From IMG/VR virus record IMGVR_UViG_3300048930_000318, positions 1 through 61,621 of that record: a DNA stretch of 61,621 bases, one strand, 5' to 3'. The stretch's first letter is position 1; every line of letters starts with the position of its first letter. A program made the position numbers and the translations under genes. The stretch comes from a virus (taxonomy: Duplodnaviria > Caudoviricetes). Below are positions 45,968-55,383 of this stretch, piece by piece. The notes beneath the pieces were generated by a model, which saw only the letters and a program-made list of their open reading frames with translations, had not been told where the DNA came from and searched no databases.

Positions 45968-48127
45968 CTAGGGGTTAGGCCCAACACGATCTTGACTGGC
46001 AGGTAGTGTGATAACCTCTACGAGATCTGTGTAAGTGGACGATCCAGAAGAGGCGATACCGATCTTTCCTGCACCAAAGGGTACGGAGGCGTAAGTCTGT
46101 TCATAGACGAGAGACCCCGCACGATAGACCTTTATTTTTGCATCGGCCCCGCTGTTTGTGCGGATCATCACAAATCGGAATACATCACGGTACTCGTAGT
46201 CCACGCCCCAATAATCGGTGTAGTATAAGTGGGCTAGGGTTACAGCCGAACCGATGGCTGTAGTCACACCAGAGTTGACACGATTGACTGTCAAAGCCCC
46301 TGTAGTGTAGTTGATTGTTGCGTGGATGTTGTTGTTGGCATCATCGTATAGCAGATATATCTTTGCTACAGTTGAGGCTGTCTTTGCTCGAATACGAACA
46401 CTCAATTGACGTTCAAGATCCCAAGAGTTATAGGCGGTATCTGATACAAGGATCTCACCGCCAGACTCAACCTCGATCTTCTCACCATCAAGAGCATAAC
46501 CGCCCGTCGCATCCCATTGGGAGATGTACTTAGCATCCTCGAACTGATCAAGGAAAGCAAGATATACAATATCGACCCGCTCACCGTTTGGGCGTACAAC
46601 ATCGATCAGATACTTGAAGAGATCCCTATTGAGATCTCCTTTGTCCACGATGCGGATCTCTGTAACATACTCCGAGTTTGCACCCCATAGTCTCCACGTC
46701 CCACCATAGAAACCCGCAGGTGCTACCCAAGATGTATCAAGGTAACCGAGGTATGTTCCCTTGACTAGACTTGTGATGCGGTAGAAACCCTTTCTAGCAG
46801 GGTCAAGCGGTACGTCTAGGAGTTGGAGGTAGGCGTACTGGTTTTCCTTCTCAAATACACGGTTTGGAAAGAATGATGTAGGAAGATCGGTGATCGCGAA
46901 TTGTTGCGATAGCGGATAAGCAGATGCCGCTACACCGACGTTTTGCCAAAGAGACCCTTCGGGTGTAGGTGTATTGAAGTCCAAGGCAACAGGATCGTAG
47001 TCCAACAACATCTCTGTGATAAATGTCTGATCCACCTGCATACGGCGGTCAAACCAGTTTTGAATACGGTAGCGGCCATTGGAGACCATACGGCAAGCAA
47101 CCTCAAAGGAAGGCTCACTACCCTTGAGACTCCACAGGCTACCAGCTTTTGCGATAACCTCTCGTACTTCGGACTCGTCAGCACTCAAGTCCATGTTTTG
47201 TGTAAAACCAACGAGGCTTTTGAGCCAAGGCAAGAACTTTGCGGGGATCTGATAGGGGTCGTACAATTTAGAGAGATCAGAGCAACGATCATAGATCATC
47301 GTTCTTTGCAGATCATCGGGGCCGTCTGGCCCTGTTAGCAATCGCTCAAGAAGTGACGGGCTGTTCTTGTCGTGTTGACGGATACTGTGGCGTAGCATCT
47401 TGTATGTGGAGAATACGACGTTATCTGCTTGGATGTAAAACGACCAGTTGTAGTCCACATTCAAAGAGATCACGTTCTCGGCATAGATTCGGACTTCTAC
47501 AAGATCACCAAACTCAAACTCCACAGAAGGGATCAGAACGAAGTCGAAACCGTTTAGGCCGTTAGCCCGATCTAGCGAAGATGTCCACCCCTCAGCGTAG
47601 GTATCAGTCGATCCGTTGTAGATCTCTCGATCAGTTACATAGATCCGAACAGATGCCAACACCACATCATTTCTATCTCCGATGGATACAGAGATCTTCT
47701 GTAGTGGGTCTTGATCTACCGCGCTATCCGATGGAGAGTGGTAGTTGATATAGGGTGGTCGGATATAACCAACTTGAAAACTGTACGAGTCAGTGAAGGA
47801 CTCGTAAGAAGGCTCACCACTATCCGCCCAAACCTCAACATTTACGGTAGCCCTCTCCCCAAATGTGGTTGGAGGTGTGATCGTGAAAGTATAGCCGTCG
47901 CTAACCCTTACAGGCGTTACAGTGAATCCATTATGCGCCGCTTCACCGCTATATGCTTCTACACCATCAACTTCCACCACCACGCTTGACAAAACAATAT
48001 CATTCATATTGTCACGAAGGTCAAAGACAATATCCGCGTTGTAGTACACACCTGTTGCGGATGGTGCTGGTGTCTGGTTTGATAGTGCGGCGTAAGAATC
48101 ACCGCCGTATGATGGGTTGAAACTCAT
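45968..48127 (-). CDS. Baseplate wedge protein (P2 gpI-like domain) with accessory beta domains
   Basis: DPYQIPAKFLPWLKSLVG...LWSLKGS motif. Confidence 0.7.
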   Translation of the reverse strand: MSFNPSYGGDSYAALSNQTPAPSATGVYYNADIVFDLRDNMNDIVLSSVVVEVDGVEAYSGEAAHNGFTVTPVRVSDGYTFTITPPTTFGERATVNVEVWADSGEPSYESFTDSYSFQVGYIRPPYINYHSPSDSAVDQDPLQKISVSIGDRNDVVLASVRIYVTDREIYNGSTDTYAEGWTSSLDRANGLNGFDFVLIPSVEFEFGDLVEVRIYAENVISLNVDYNWSFYIQADNVVFSTYKMLRHSIRQHDKNSPSLLERLLTGPDGPDDLQRTMIYDRCSDLSKLYDPYQIPAKFLPWLKSLVGFTQNMDLSADESEVREVIAKAGSLWSLKGSEPSFEVACRMVSNGRYRIQNWFDRRMQVDQTFITEMLLDYDPVALDFNTPTPEGSLWQNVGVAASAYPLSQQFAITDLPTSFFPNRVFEKENQYAYLQLLDVPLDPARKGFYRITSLVKGTYLGYLDTSWVAPAGFYGGTWRLWGANSEYVTEIRIVDKGDLNRDLFKYLIDVVRPNGERVDIVYLAFLDQFEDAKYISQWDATGGYALDGEKIEVESGGEILVSDTAYNSWDLERQLSVRIRAKTASTVAKIYLLYDDANNNIHATINYTTGALTVNRVNSGVTTAIGSAVTLAHLYYTDYWGVDYEYRDVFRFVMIRTNSGADAKIKVYRAGSLVYEQTYASVPFGAGKIGIASSGSSTYTDLVEVITLPASQDRVGPNP

Positions 48128-48161
48128 TTTTCACCCTCCAAGGATGACGATACTTGCGGTA

Positions 48162-49346
48162 TTACACGCCGTAAAGTGCTGCGCTTTGCCAAGAGTACGG
48201 TGTAGCGGGTGCAGATGAACGGTAGCGAAAGAACATAAGGTTGGGAGACGCTGTAGCAATAATTCCCTCATCACCTACAACCGCAGGTGGTGTGAGTACG
48301 GCACTCTCGTAGAACAAGAAACCATTGATCCAACACCGCACGATCTCGTCCGTACCCCACTGTACGGTTATAGCCATCGTTCTAGGCATTGGTTGCCCGT
48401 AGTAGTAGTTGTTGATGGAGCAGATGGTTTGCCAACCCGCAGGTATCCACACTTGGATCGCACCTGTCCCTGTGAACAGAAATCCGCCCTTGATGTTTCC
48501 ACTACCCGTATTTGCAAGAAGGAAGGCGTATTGTGCGCCGTTGGTCTCAGGGGATTCGACCACACAGTCCACTGTCCAAGCCGTATTCCTGCGGATACTA
48601 GCTACACCATGTAACCGCCAAGATCCACCTGACACATAAGCCCCCATCTTTTCGTAAAAGAAAGATGGGACATAACGTAAAGTACCAACAGTGCTCGCGT
48701 GGTTTGCGTTACCACTCGCATCGTTAAACGGTGTAGAGACGTTTCCGAGTTCTGCGCGGTACTCTTCATCGGCTTCGATAGCGGGCCAAGAGGGGCGGGT
48801 ATATGTTGGGCCACTAGAAGTCTCGATCACGGCGTAGGACGGCAGTAAAGACACCTCACCTGCAAGATCACCGAAAACGGTACGCCGTGTGATCTTGAGA
48901 ATAAGGGTATAGGCTTTACTGGTGTCGATATCTGTAAAGAAACCCGCGATTGTTACGGTGTTTTCTTGCTCGTCGTAGGCTGCACCTGAGTAGGTTAGGT
49001 TTGACGAATTGTTACTACCTGTGACGGTAGCACCTGTAACATCCCCCGCAGGATCTCCGATGTCCAAAAGGTAGGCCGCAACTTCCCACCCAACATCTCC
49101 ACTTGCCACTGCCTTTGCTGTATAGCGAAGACGAACAACAAGATCATCACTATCTAACGTACCCATCTCTGTTTGTGGGGGGATAAGGAGACGCCAGACA
49201 GCCTTTGCGCTCGTACCTTCTGGAAAATCCAAAGAGACCAGCGCAGAGTTCACACCTGAGATTCTAGCCTTGTCTGGTCTATCTGCGGGTGTATCCGATG
49301 GTCGGATGATTGCGCCTTCTGGTAGTATAGCAAGGAGTAGCGGCAT
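48162..49346 (-). CDS. Virion-associated protein with possible LamG-like C-terminus
   Basis: Located in the tail operon; DASGNANH...WTVDCVV...CWINGFL pattern. Confidence 0.5.
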   Translation of the reverse strand: MPLLLAILPEGAIIRPSDTPADRPDKARISGVNSALVSLDFPEGTSAKAVWRLLIPPQTEMGTLDSDDLVVRLRYTAKAVASGDVGWEVAAYLLDIGDPAGDVTGATVTGSNNSSNLTYSGAAYDEQENTVTIAGFFTDIDTSKAYTLILKITRRTVFGDLAGEVSLLPSYAVIETSSGPTYTRPSWPAIEADEEYRAELGNVSTPFNDASGNANHASTVGTLRYVPSFFYEKMGAYVSGGSWRLHGVASIRRNTAWTVDCVVESPETNGAQYAFLLANTGSGNIKGGFLFTGTGAIQVWIPAGWQTICSINNYYYGQPMPRTMAITVQWGTDEIVRCWINGFLFYESAVLTPPAVVGDEGIIATASPNLMFFRYRSSAPATPYSWQSAALYGV

Positions 49347-49347
49347 C

Positions 49348-51834
49348 TTACGCCTCCAACAAAGTGATAAGGATCTTGGATGGGATGGTTACGGGCAGTT
49401 CATTCTCAGACAAGGTGACGGAAGCCGCCGTAGGCGTGGCCGTTCCCTTTGCGAGTTTCAAACTCGGTACGTCTCGGATGTTAGGTGAGATCTCGTGGAT
49501 CAAGTTGTGGATCTTGGAGTAAGACACCTGACCGCCAAAATTCCAAATATACGTTGTCTGATCTCCCTCAACAGCAAGCGGGTTGAGGTAGTTGGAGAGC
49601 GCAGTACGGATCTCTGCAATACTACCTCGCGGCCACACTACCGTTGCTTCGATAGTGATCGTCGCAGGTTCGTAATTCAAGGCGGTAAGCTGGTGGTTCA
49701 CAAGCAACTTACCCTTGATAGGTGGCCGCGCATAGCGATCTCCGTTGAAGAAGGCCTGTAAGTCGAGAAGTTCCGTATTGCTGAGAACCGCACCACCAAG
49801 GCCCACAACAAGGAGTTTTACAGTCTTTGGCCCGTATCCCTCTTCAACGACAACAGCCCTCTCGATCATCTTGATACCCGAAGAGTTTGTGTACTCTTCC
49901 ACAGCGATATACTCAATATCATCCGAACGAGTACCCACAGACCTTACTCGAAGTTGTGTTGGGCCTTGGTGACGAAGGCGCTCAAGATCGATCTCGTCAC
50001 CACCATCTTTGAGACGCCAACCTCTTGCGGGTCTTGGGTTTGTGATATTGACGATACCGCCGATGCCCGTAGCGTTTGATAGGATCTGATCAACGCCTAC
50101 GTTACCGTTCTCTTCACCGCCAACACGGATCGTTCCTCGGATGTTACCTGCGCCAACAGGGGGGATCTTTCCGTTTGTACCATCACCAAAGTAGATCACC
50201 ATCTGATCTTCATTGTTGATCTTGCGTGTGTAGTGTCGGTCAAGTGGGCCTGAGAACTTGAAAGAATCGACAAGCGTGTATTCTAGCCAAACACCCGTAC
50301 CTGCTTCGTCCACCTCAATAGTCTCTGTATCTTGTAGGTACGGGCCTTCTGTGAGGGTAAAGAACTGATTAGCCGAACCATCACTCGAACCAAAGATTGT
50401 AGGGCCAACGGTCTCCCCCTGTGTGACGGGGAAGAGGATGTACTGATCGTCTTGGTCGATCTGGATCGTGTCAATGGTTGGACGTGTGGCACCCAAGACG
50501 CCTGTATATCGAAATCTCCACCAGTAGCCTTCGATCAGATTCACCTCACCTTTTGACCAAGAGCGATCAATTGTCTGAGGTATATCAAAGATGATACGCC
50601 CTGTTTGCGCTAGGTCTGTACCGCTGAGATTACAGGTGTCGTCGAGGTTCGAGAAGGGAACCCACTCGGCTGTTACATAGTAATCAGAAGGATCTTCGCT
50701 TGGTGTAGTTTGCCCAAACAGACCCTCTGCCTTGACGTAGTTGACAGATCCGAGACCTGCTACAAGATAACTAGAGATCCGCTTCTCGCTTGCGCCTGTT
50801 TTCTTGAGGGAGATTGTGACGATAGCGCCACTACCAACGCGAGTACCCATCAAAGAGGTAATGTCGAAGTAAAGGTTTGTGGAGTCGTAGTAGATATTGT
50901 CAGGCTCGAAGATGCTGCGCTCTGAGTCATAGTATTCCCAAACACCAAAAAGCCCGTTGGTGGATGCGGATGTGATCGTAAAGTCGATACGGTTAGGCAT
51001 GACGTGTTTGTGACAACCATACAGACATTCACCGTCGTAGTTTGTTGCCCCAAAGGGCGTTACCGTACCCACACCGTATGTTACAGATGCCTGATCTGTA
51101 GAGTAGGTGAATGTTGACCACGCAATATCAGTCTCGGTTTGAAACTGGGGCGATCTTGCACTTGGGACTTGTACGACTCGAATCCTAGTGGCATCCAAAC
51201 GTGATACAACGCGAAAGAAACCAAGGTTAGGGGCAAGACTACCCTTTAGGTAGATCTCTTGCCCTACGATGCTTGTTGACCACGTTCCTGACGCCCTTGT
51301 CACTACGTCGCTATTCGTATCCACACTTGCCTTATCGGAACCACCAGAAGCCGAGGCTCTTGTTGTATAGAAGAGGGAGGTAAGGCGATCTGTACGGTCA
51401 AGGTCAAACGTCTCAAGGTTTTCGTAGGCAACGGGGGGTGTACCCTCTGTCTCAAAAAGAGAAAGTGAGGGTACATAGTCGAGTTGGTTGACGGAAGTAG
51501 ATGTGGAGAGTTTGGCTAGGATCTCAGCAACAGCGGGGGTCGCTGTCTTGAGTTCAATACCTTGTAGCCGTAGGAGTTCTTTAATAGACGATCTCAACTG
51601 TGCGCTATCAATAAACATCTCTGTGGCAATAGAGTCGAGGCGGGTATTATTCATGTGTCCTACAGCCGCAAAGGACGACAGCAATTGCGTGTGGACTTCA
51701 TAGTCGTTTTCGTCTGTAAGACCTAAACGATCTTTGTTGACTCGGAGATACTGCAAGAGAGATCTGTAGATCTCAGGGTAGTAGAACCCTGCGAAGTTTA
51801 GACCACCAACGGTAGTGATTACCCGTGTTGCCAT
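49348..51834 (-). CDS. Baseplate J-like wedge protein
   Basis: GSSDGSANQFF, YFGDGTNGKIPP, GGEENGNV, GGDEIDLE. Confidence 0.85.
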   Translation of the reverse strand: MATRVITTVGGLNFAGFYYPEIYRSLLQYLRVNKDRLGLTDENDYEVHTQLLSSFAAVGHMNNTRLDSIATEMFIDSAQLRSSIKELLRLQGIELKTATPAVAEILAKLSTSTSVNQLDYVPSLSLFETEGTPPVAYENLETFDLDRTDRLTSLFYTTRASASGGSDKASVDTNSDVVTRASGTWSTSIVGQEIYLKGSLAPNLGFFRVVSRLDATRIRVVQVPSARSPQFQTETDIAWSTFTYSTDQASVTYGVGTVTPFGATNYDGECLYGCHKHVMPNRIDFTITSASTNGLFGVWEYYDSERSIFEPDNIYYDSTNLYFDITSLMGTRVGSGAIVTISLKKTGASEKRISSYLVAGLGSVNYVKAEGLFGQTTPSEDPSDYYVTAEWVPFSNLDDTCNLSGTDLAQTGRIIFDIPQTIDRSWSKGEVNLIEGYWWRFRYTGVLGATRPTIDTIQIDQDDQYILFPVTQGETVGPTIFGSSDGSANQFFTLTEGPYLQDTETIEVDEAGTGVWLEYTLVDSFKFSGPLDRHYTRKINNEDQMVIYFGDGTNGKIPPVGAGNIRGTIRVGGEENGNVGVDQILSNATGIGGIVNITNPRPARGWRLKDGGDEIDLERLRHQGPTQLRVRSVGTRSDDIEYIAVEEYTNSSGIKMIERAVVVEEGYGPKTVKLLVVGLGGAVLSNTELLDLQAFFNGDRYARPPIKGKLLVNHQLTALNYEPATITIEATVVWPRGSIAEIRTALSNYLNPLAVEGDQTTYIWNFGGQVSYSKIHNLIHEISPNIRDVPSLKLAKGTATPTAASVTLSENELPVTIPSKILITLLEA

Positions 51835-52199
51835 TAGAATTGACCTCCGTTGATAGGTACGGATAGTTGTTGTCTTGCACCAGACTCAAGGTTTATGTAT
51901 TCGATAAGGGCGTTAAGTTCGCCGTCTATCGTCTCAAAAGAGATGTCTCGTAGTCTTGCAAGTTGATCTTGTTCGAGGGACTGGAATAGCCTCTGGATCA
52001 CAACACCCGCTGTAGAAGAGGTGGTATCGTCGTTGATACCAAAAATTAGGCTATCAAGGTCTTCTTGAGGTTGAAACGGATTCTCTGAATCGGCAGAACC
52101 TAACCCAACACGGATCAACTGCGCGATGTATTCATCACCGTCTAGCAAGGCGAAGCGTCCGTTGACGGCTTTGGATGGAAGTTTTATGCCTCTTGCCAT
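51834..52199 (-). CDS. gp25-like baseplate sheath-initiator protein
   Basis: Size and position between spike and J; GIKLP...LIFGIND. Confidence 0.65.
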   Translation of the reverse strand: MARGIKLPSKAVNGRFALLDGDEYIAQLIRVGLGSADSENPFQPQEDLDSLIFGINDDTTSSTAGVVIQRLFQSLEQDQLARLRDISFETIDGELNALIEYINLESGARQQLSVPINGGQF

Positions 52200-52207
52200 A
52201 GTCTAAC

Positions 52208-52810
52208 CTACTTCGTGAAGACGGTAGAGGAAGAGAGACCCGCGATGTTTGGGAGAAGTAACGTATCAACAGCCGTTGTCAATGCGGGATCTGTGGTTAC
52301 AACGGCGTGTGCCTTGAGTGCCGTACATAGGTTACCCAACCACGTTGCTAACTCTGTGCCTAGTACGAGAGGCTGGTTTGCGAGTTCCGATCCAAGGTGG
52401 ATTGTGTTCTTCTTGGCGTGGATCGGTACACCGTCTGCGGCCCCAATAGAAACGAACTCGTTGTCCTTTGTATCATCCAAGACGATGTAATTCCCCGCAG
52501 GTGTAACGATGCCTCTTGCCTTTGGGTAGGAGTACAGAAGTCGAGTAGGGGCTGTTGTCTCTTCAAAACGAATAACACCCAAGTAGTAGATTTCGTCTGC
52601 AAACTCAACGAAGTCACCGTCATCTTCTGGGATAAGAAGCATAACGGTATCCCCCACGTTTGGAGGAAAGAAGCAGTCACCGTTGAAGATGGGGGAGATC
52701 CATTCTGGGTAAGTGGCATCATCCAACTCAGCCATACGACAAAGGACACGACCCGCTTTGGCGGGATCATCCACAGATTCAACAAAGCCCTTGGTGTGTG
52801 CAAACAGCAT
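52208..52810 (-). CDS. Baseplate spike (gpV-like OB fold)
   Basis: GFVESVDDPAKAGRV, FFPPNVGDTV, PLVLG..L. Confidence 0.8.
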   Translation of the reverse strand: MLFAHTKGFVESVDDPAKAGRVLCRMAELDDATYPEWISPIFNGDCFFPPNVGDTVMLLIPEDDGDFVEFADEIYYLGVIRFEETTAPTRLLYSYPKARGIVTPAGNYIVLDDTKDNEFVSIGAADGVPIHAKKNTIHLGSELANQPLVLGTELATWLGNLCTALKAHAVVTTDPALTTAVDTLLLPNIAGLSSSTVFTK

Positions 52811-52811
52811 C

Positions 52812-54302
52812 TTATTTCTTTCCTACGGGTGGAATAGCTGGTGGAATACCAAGACCATCCTTTGCACCAAAGCGTTGAACACGATTCCATTTGGTGATCA
52901 AAATACCACCAGCACTACCTTTGCCTGTCTTCTTGGGGATAATCTCTGCGGTGAGTAGTTTGTAGCCTGTCACCTCACAGACGTAGATACCATCGGGTGA
53001 CATAGTATGTTTGCAGGTAGTGATCTTGTAGAAGCCATCCAAACGAGAGGAAAGCCCTTCTACGGCGTGGACTTGACGAGATCGCAAAGAGGGGACGCCT
53101 ACAACAGTCATGCGTAACATGATGAAGTCGCGTTCATTCTCTCGCAAGAATTTGTCAACAAAGTCCAAGGCATCTTGCTTGGAGTAGAATGGTTTGTCTG
53201 CGATAGCGGTGATAGATCTACCAAATGCTGTAAAGCGTACACGCGCACCGTGTAGGATCTCGTCTTTTGCTCTCAGACTGTTCGGGCCTACCTTTGGGCC
53301 ATCTAAACGCATAATCTCTGTCTTGGTTGTATCTTCGATGGTTGTTGACTTGATCTTGCGGGTAGAGCGGTCATAGTGTAGGACTTCAACGCCTGTAGGC
53401 TTGTCTTTGATAGAGAACTCAGGGGAGGCGTTGAGGATGGATGGATTATCACCGCCGTACTTGAAGAGATAACCGACCTCTTCTCCTGCTTCTCTTTTCT
53501 TTTTGAAGTGGACAACGTAAGCCCCACCCTCAATAGGTGCAGCGGGATCGTTGGACTTTTGGAAGTCAACCCAGAGATCGAAGTCTTGGATCTTGGCTAG
53601 GTGCATAAGGAAGTCCCAATCCGTTTGCCCTGCTTTTTGGATGCGGTTTGGGATCACGGTTTGAGGTGTAGTCTTTGGCTTTGTACCTACAGGTGATCCG
53701 ATGGGGGGTGCAATCACCTTTATGGTAGTCTTCTTATTGACCTCAGTGGGATCTACGTCTGCTTTGTATTGGTACTTTGCTGCGATTTTACGCACGATCT
53801 CTTCATCAGACAGACCCTTCCATACAGTCTGCCTCTTCTTGCGCCCTACGTTCTTGAAACGCGCCCTGTGGCTTGACTGCAAACGGTGACGGCCATCCTG
53901 CGCTTTGATAGTGAGAGTTTGACCGTCTGCATCAAAGTTTGGCATCCATTTAAGGATCTCGCATCTGTCCACGAACTCTCGAAGGTTTCCGTATCCAAGA
54001 TAGAGATCCACATAGTTACCTTCTTGAAAGGCTAGGCTTTCAAGGACGGCAGACCAGTCAGCAAACTTATCGGGTTGAGTATCTGCGCGGTTCTTGAGGT
54101 GCATAGTGAGAAGGGAAGACATCTTTACGTCGTCTTCATATTCGATAGAGACAAGCAGGTCAAGTAGTCGAGATCCGATGGGGGTGATCTTGGACATATC
54201 CTTGCCAGAGATGTAGATGTCAAAAGCGGGTGTGAGGTTATCTATTGGCTGCTTTTCTCTGGCCGCTTCAACGTGTCTTTTTTGCTCAATGATCGTTATC
54301 AT
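52812..54302 (-). CDS. Baseplate hub (gpD/late-control-D-like)
   Basis: YLGYG, QAGQTDWDFL-like motif, VGVPSLR, DGFYKITTCKH. Confidence 0.8.
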   Translation of the reverse strand: MITIIEQKRHVEAAREKQPIDNLTPAFDIYISGKDMSKITPIGSRLLDLLVSIEYEDDVKMSSLLTMHLKNRADTQPDKFADWSAVLESLAFQEGNYVDLYLGYGNLREFVDRCEILKWMPNFDADGQTLTIKAQDGRHRLQSSHRARFKNVGRKKRQTVWKGLSDEEIVRKIAAKYQYKADVDPTEVNKKTTIKVIAPPIGSPVGTKPKTTPQTVIPNRIQKAGQTDWDFLMHLAKIQDFDLWVDFQKSNDPAAPIEGGAYVVHFKKKREAGEEVGYLFKYGGDNPSILNASPEFSIKDKPTGVEVLHYDRSTRKIKSTTIEDTTKTEIMRLDGPKVGPNSLRAKDEILHGARVRFTAFGRSITAIADKPFYSKQDALDFVDKFLRENERDFIMLRMTVVGVPSLRSRQVHAVEGLSSRLDGFYKITTCKHTMSPDGIYVCEVTGYKLLTAEIIPKKTGKGSAGGILITKWNRVQRFGAKDGLGIPPAIPPVGKK

Positions 54303-54349
54303 CTTTTTGACCTTGCTTTTGTGTGCCTCTAAGTGTGATCTTTTATTCA

Positions 54350-54488
54350 GTAGTCCGTTTTCTTACAGGATCTTGTTTGTCTGCGATCCACCCTCTCTAT
54401 AGGATCATTATAGGGAGGGTGGAGCCTCGCAAGACCTTGGTAGAGTAGGGAGATCTGGATCTACTGCTAATCTATTCAGTCGTGGATC
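54350..54488. repeat. Dispersed origin-like element, copy 3 (lacks the left iteron)
   Basis: TCCACCCTCTCTATA-GGATCAT-TATAGGGAGGGTGGA hairpin, then GCAAGACCTTGGTAGAGTAGG and GATCTGGATCTACTGCTAATCTATTCAGTCGTGGATC as in the other copies. Confidence 0.9.
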
Positions 54489-54618
54489 GTGCCATCATTC
54501 TCTTTTTGCCCTAGACTATACTGTAAGAAAACATCTATGATCCACCATGACGAAAAGACTTGATCCACCATGACGATTTCCTACAACACATAGTGTAAGA
54601 AAAAATCTATACCACAGA

Positions 54619-55383
54619 TCAGACACTAAGCCTTGCTGTTCTCTTGTTTCTCTCGTCCAAAACGTACTGAAACGCAAGTTGAGCGTCTGGTTCGTCTGCA
54701 AATACATGGCAAGATGGTACTACAGATTCTCTCAAGATTACCGATCTAGGTGGTATATGAATCTTAGCACCAACAGGCGGCTTGTACGGGTACTCTGGGT
54801 GTCTTTTCCTCAGACGATCTCCTAACATCGGATCACCGTAGAACCTTCTAGCCAAAGCCTCCCACGATGCCTCCGCCCTACTTGCGACAAGATAGTAAGA
54901 CTCCTTCGGACGTCGAGATGGATCGATTGTGAACTGAGTGAAGGGTACATACTTCGTCAGTGTGATAGAGAGATCGATAGATCTGTACGTCCCATCCAAC
55001 AAAACATCCGTGAACTTTGGGTCAATCGCCTCGATCAGTACCGTCTCGGAGATATGCTTGCCAAAGACGAACAAACAGATCTTTGAACGACCCAACTTAT
55101 CGTCCTTGATAGCCATCTTCTCAAGGGTCTGGTAGGCTTTAAGGATCTCCTTGCCTTGGTCTCGGTCTGCCGCAAACAACTTGGTCTGAAACGTAAAGGT
55201 GCGCTCTTTCCCTTTTGTCCATTGGATGATCGGGTACTGTTGACCAAAACGATCAGCTTTGGATAGCGCACTACCTACGGAGATCTGTACCCCATCACTC
55301 AGAGGAAACTGAGGTTCCCAAACAACATTATCATCCAAGTCCTTGATATACCAGTCGGCTCGAATCTTTGGTTTGTAAATCAT
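54619..55383 (-). CDS. Tail tube initiator with LysM-like domain
   Basis: IQWTKG...TLTKY tube-like domain; SWEALARRFYGDP...GAKIHIP. Confidence 0.75.
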   Translation of the reverse strand: MIYKPKIRADWYIKDLDDNVVWEPQFPLSDGVQISVGSALSKADRFGQQYPIIQWTKGKERTFTFQTKLFAADRDQGKEILKAYQTLEKMAIKDDKLGRSKICLFVFGKHISETVLIEAIDPKFTDVLLDGTYRSIDLSITLTKYVPFTQFTIDPSRRPKESYYLVASRAEASWEALARRFYGDPMLGDRLRKRHPEYPYKPPVGAKIHIPPRSVILRESVVPSCHVFADEPDAQLAFQYVLDERNKRTARLSV

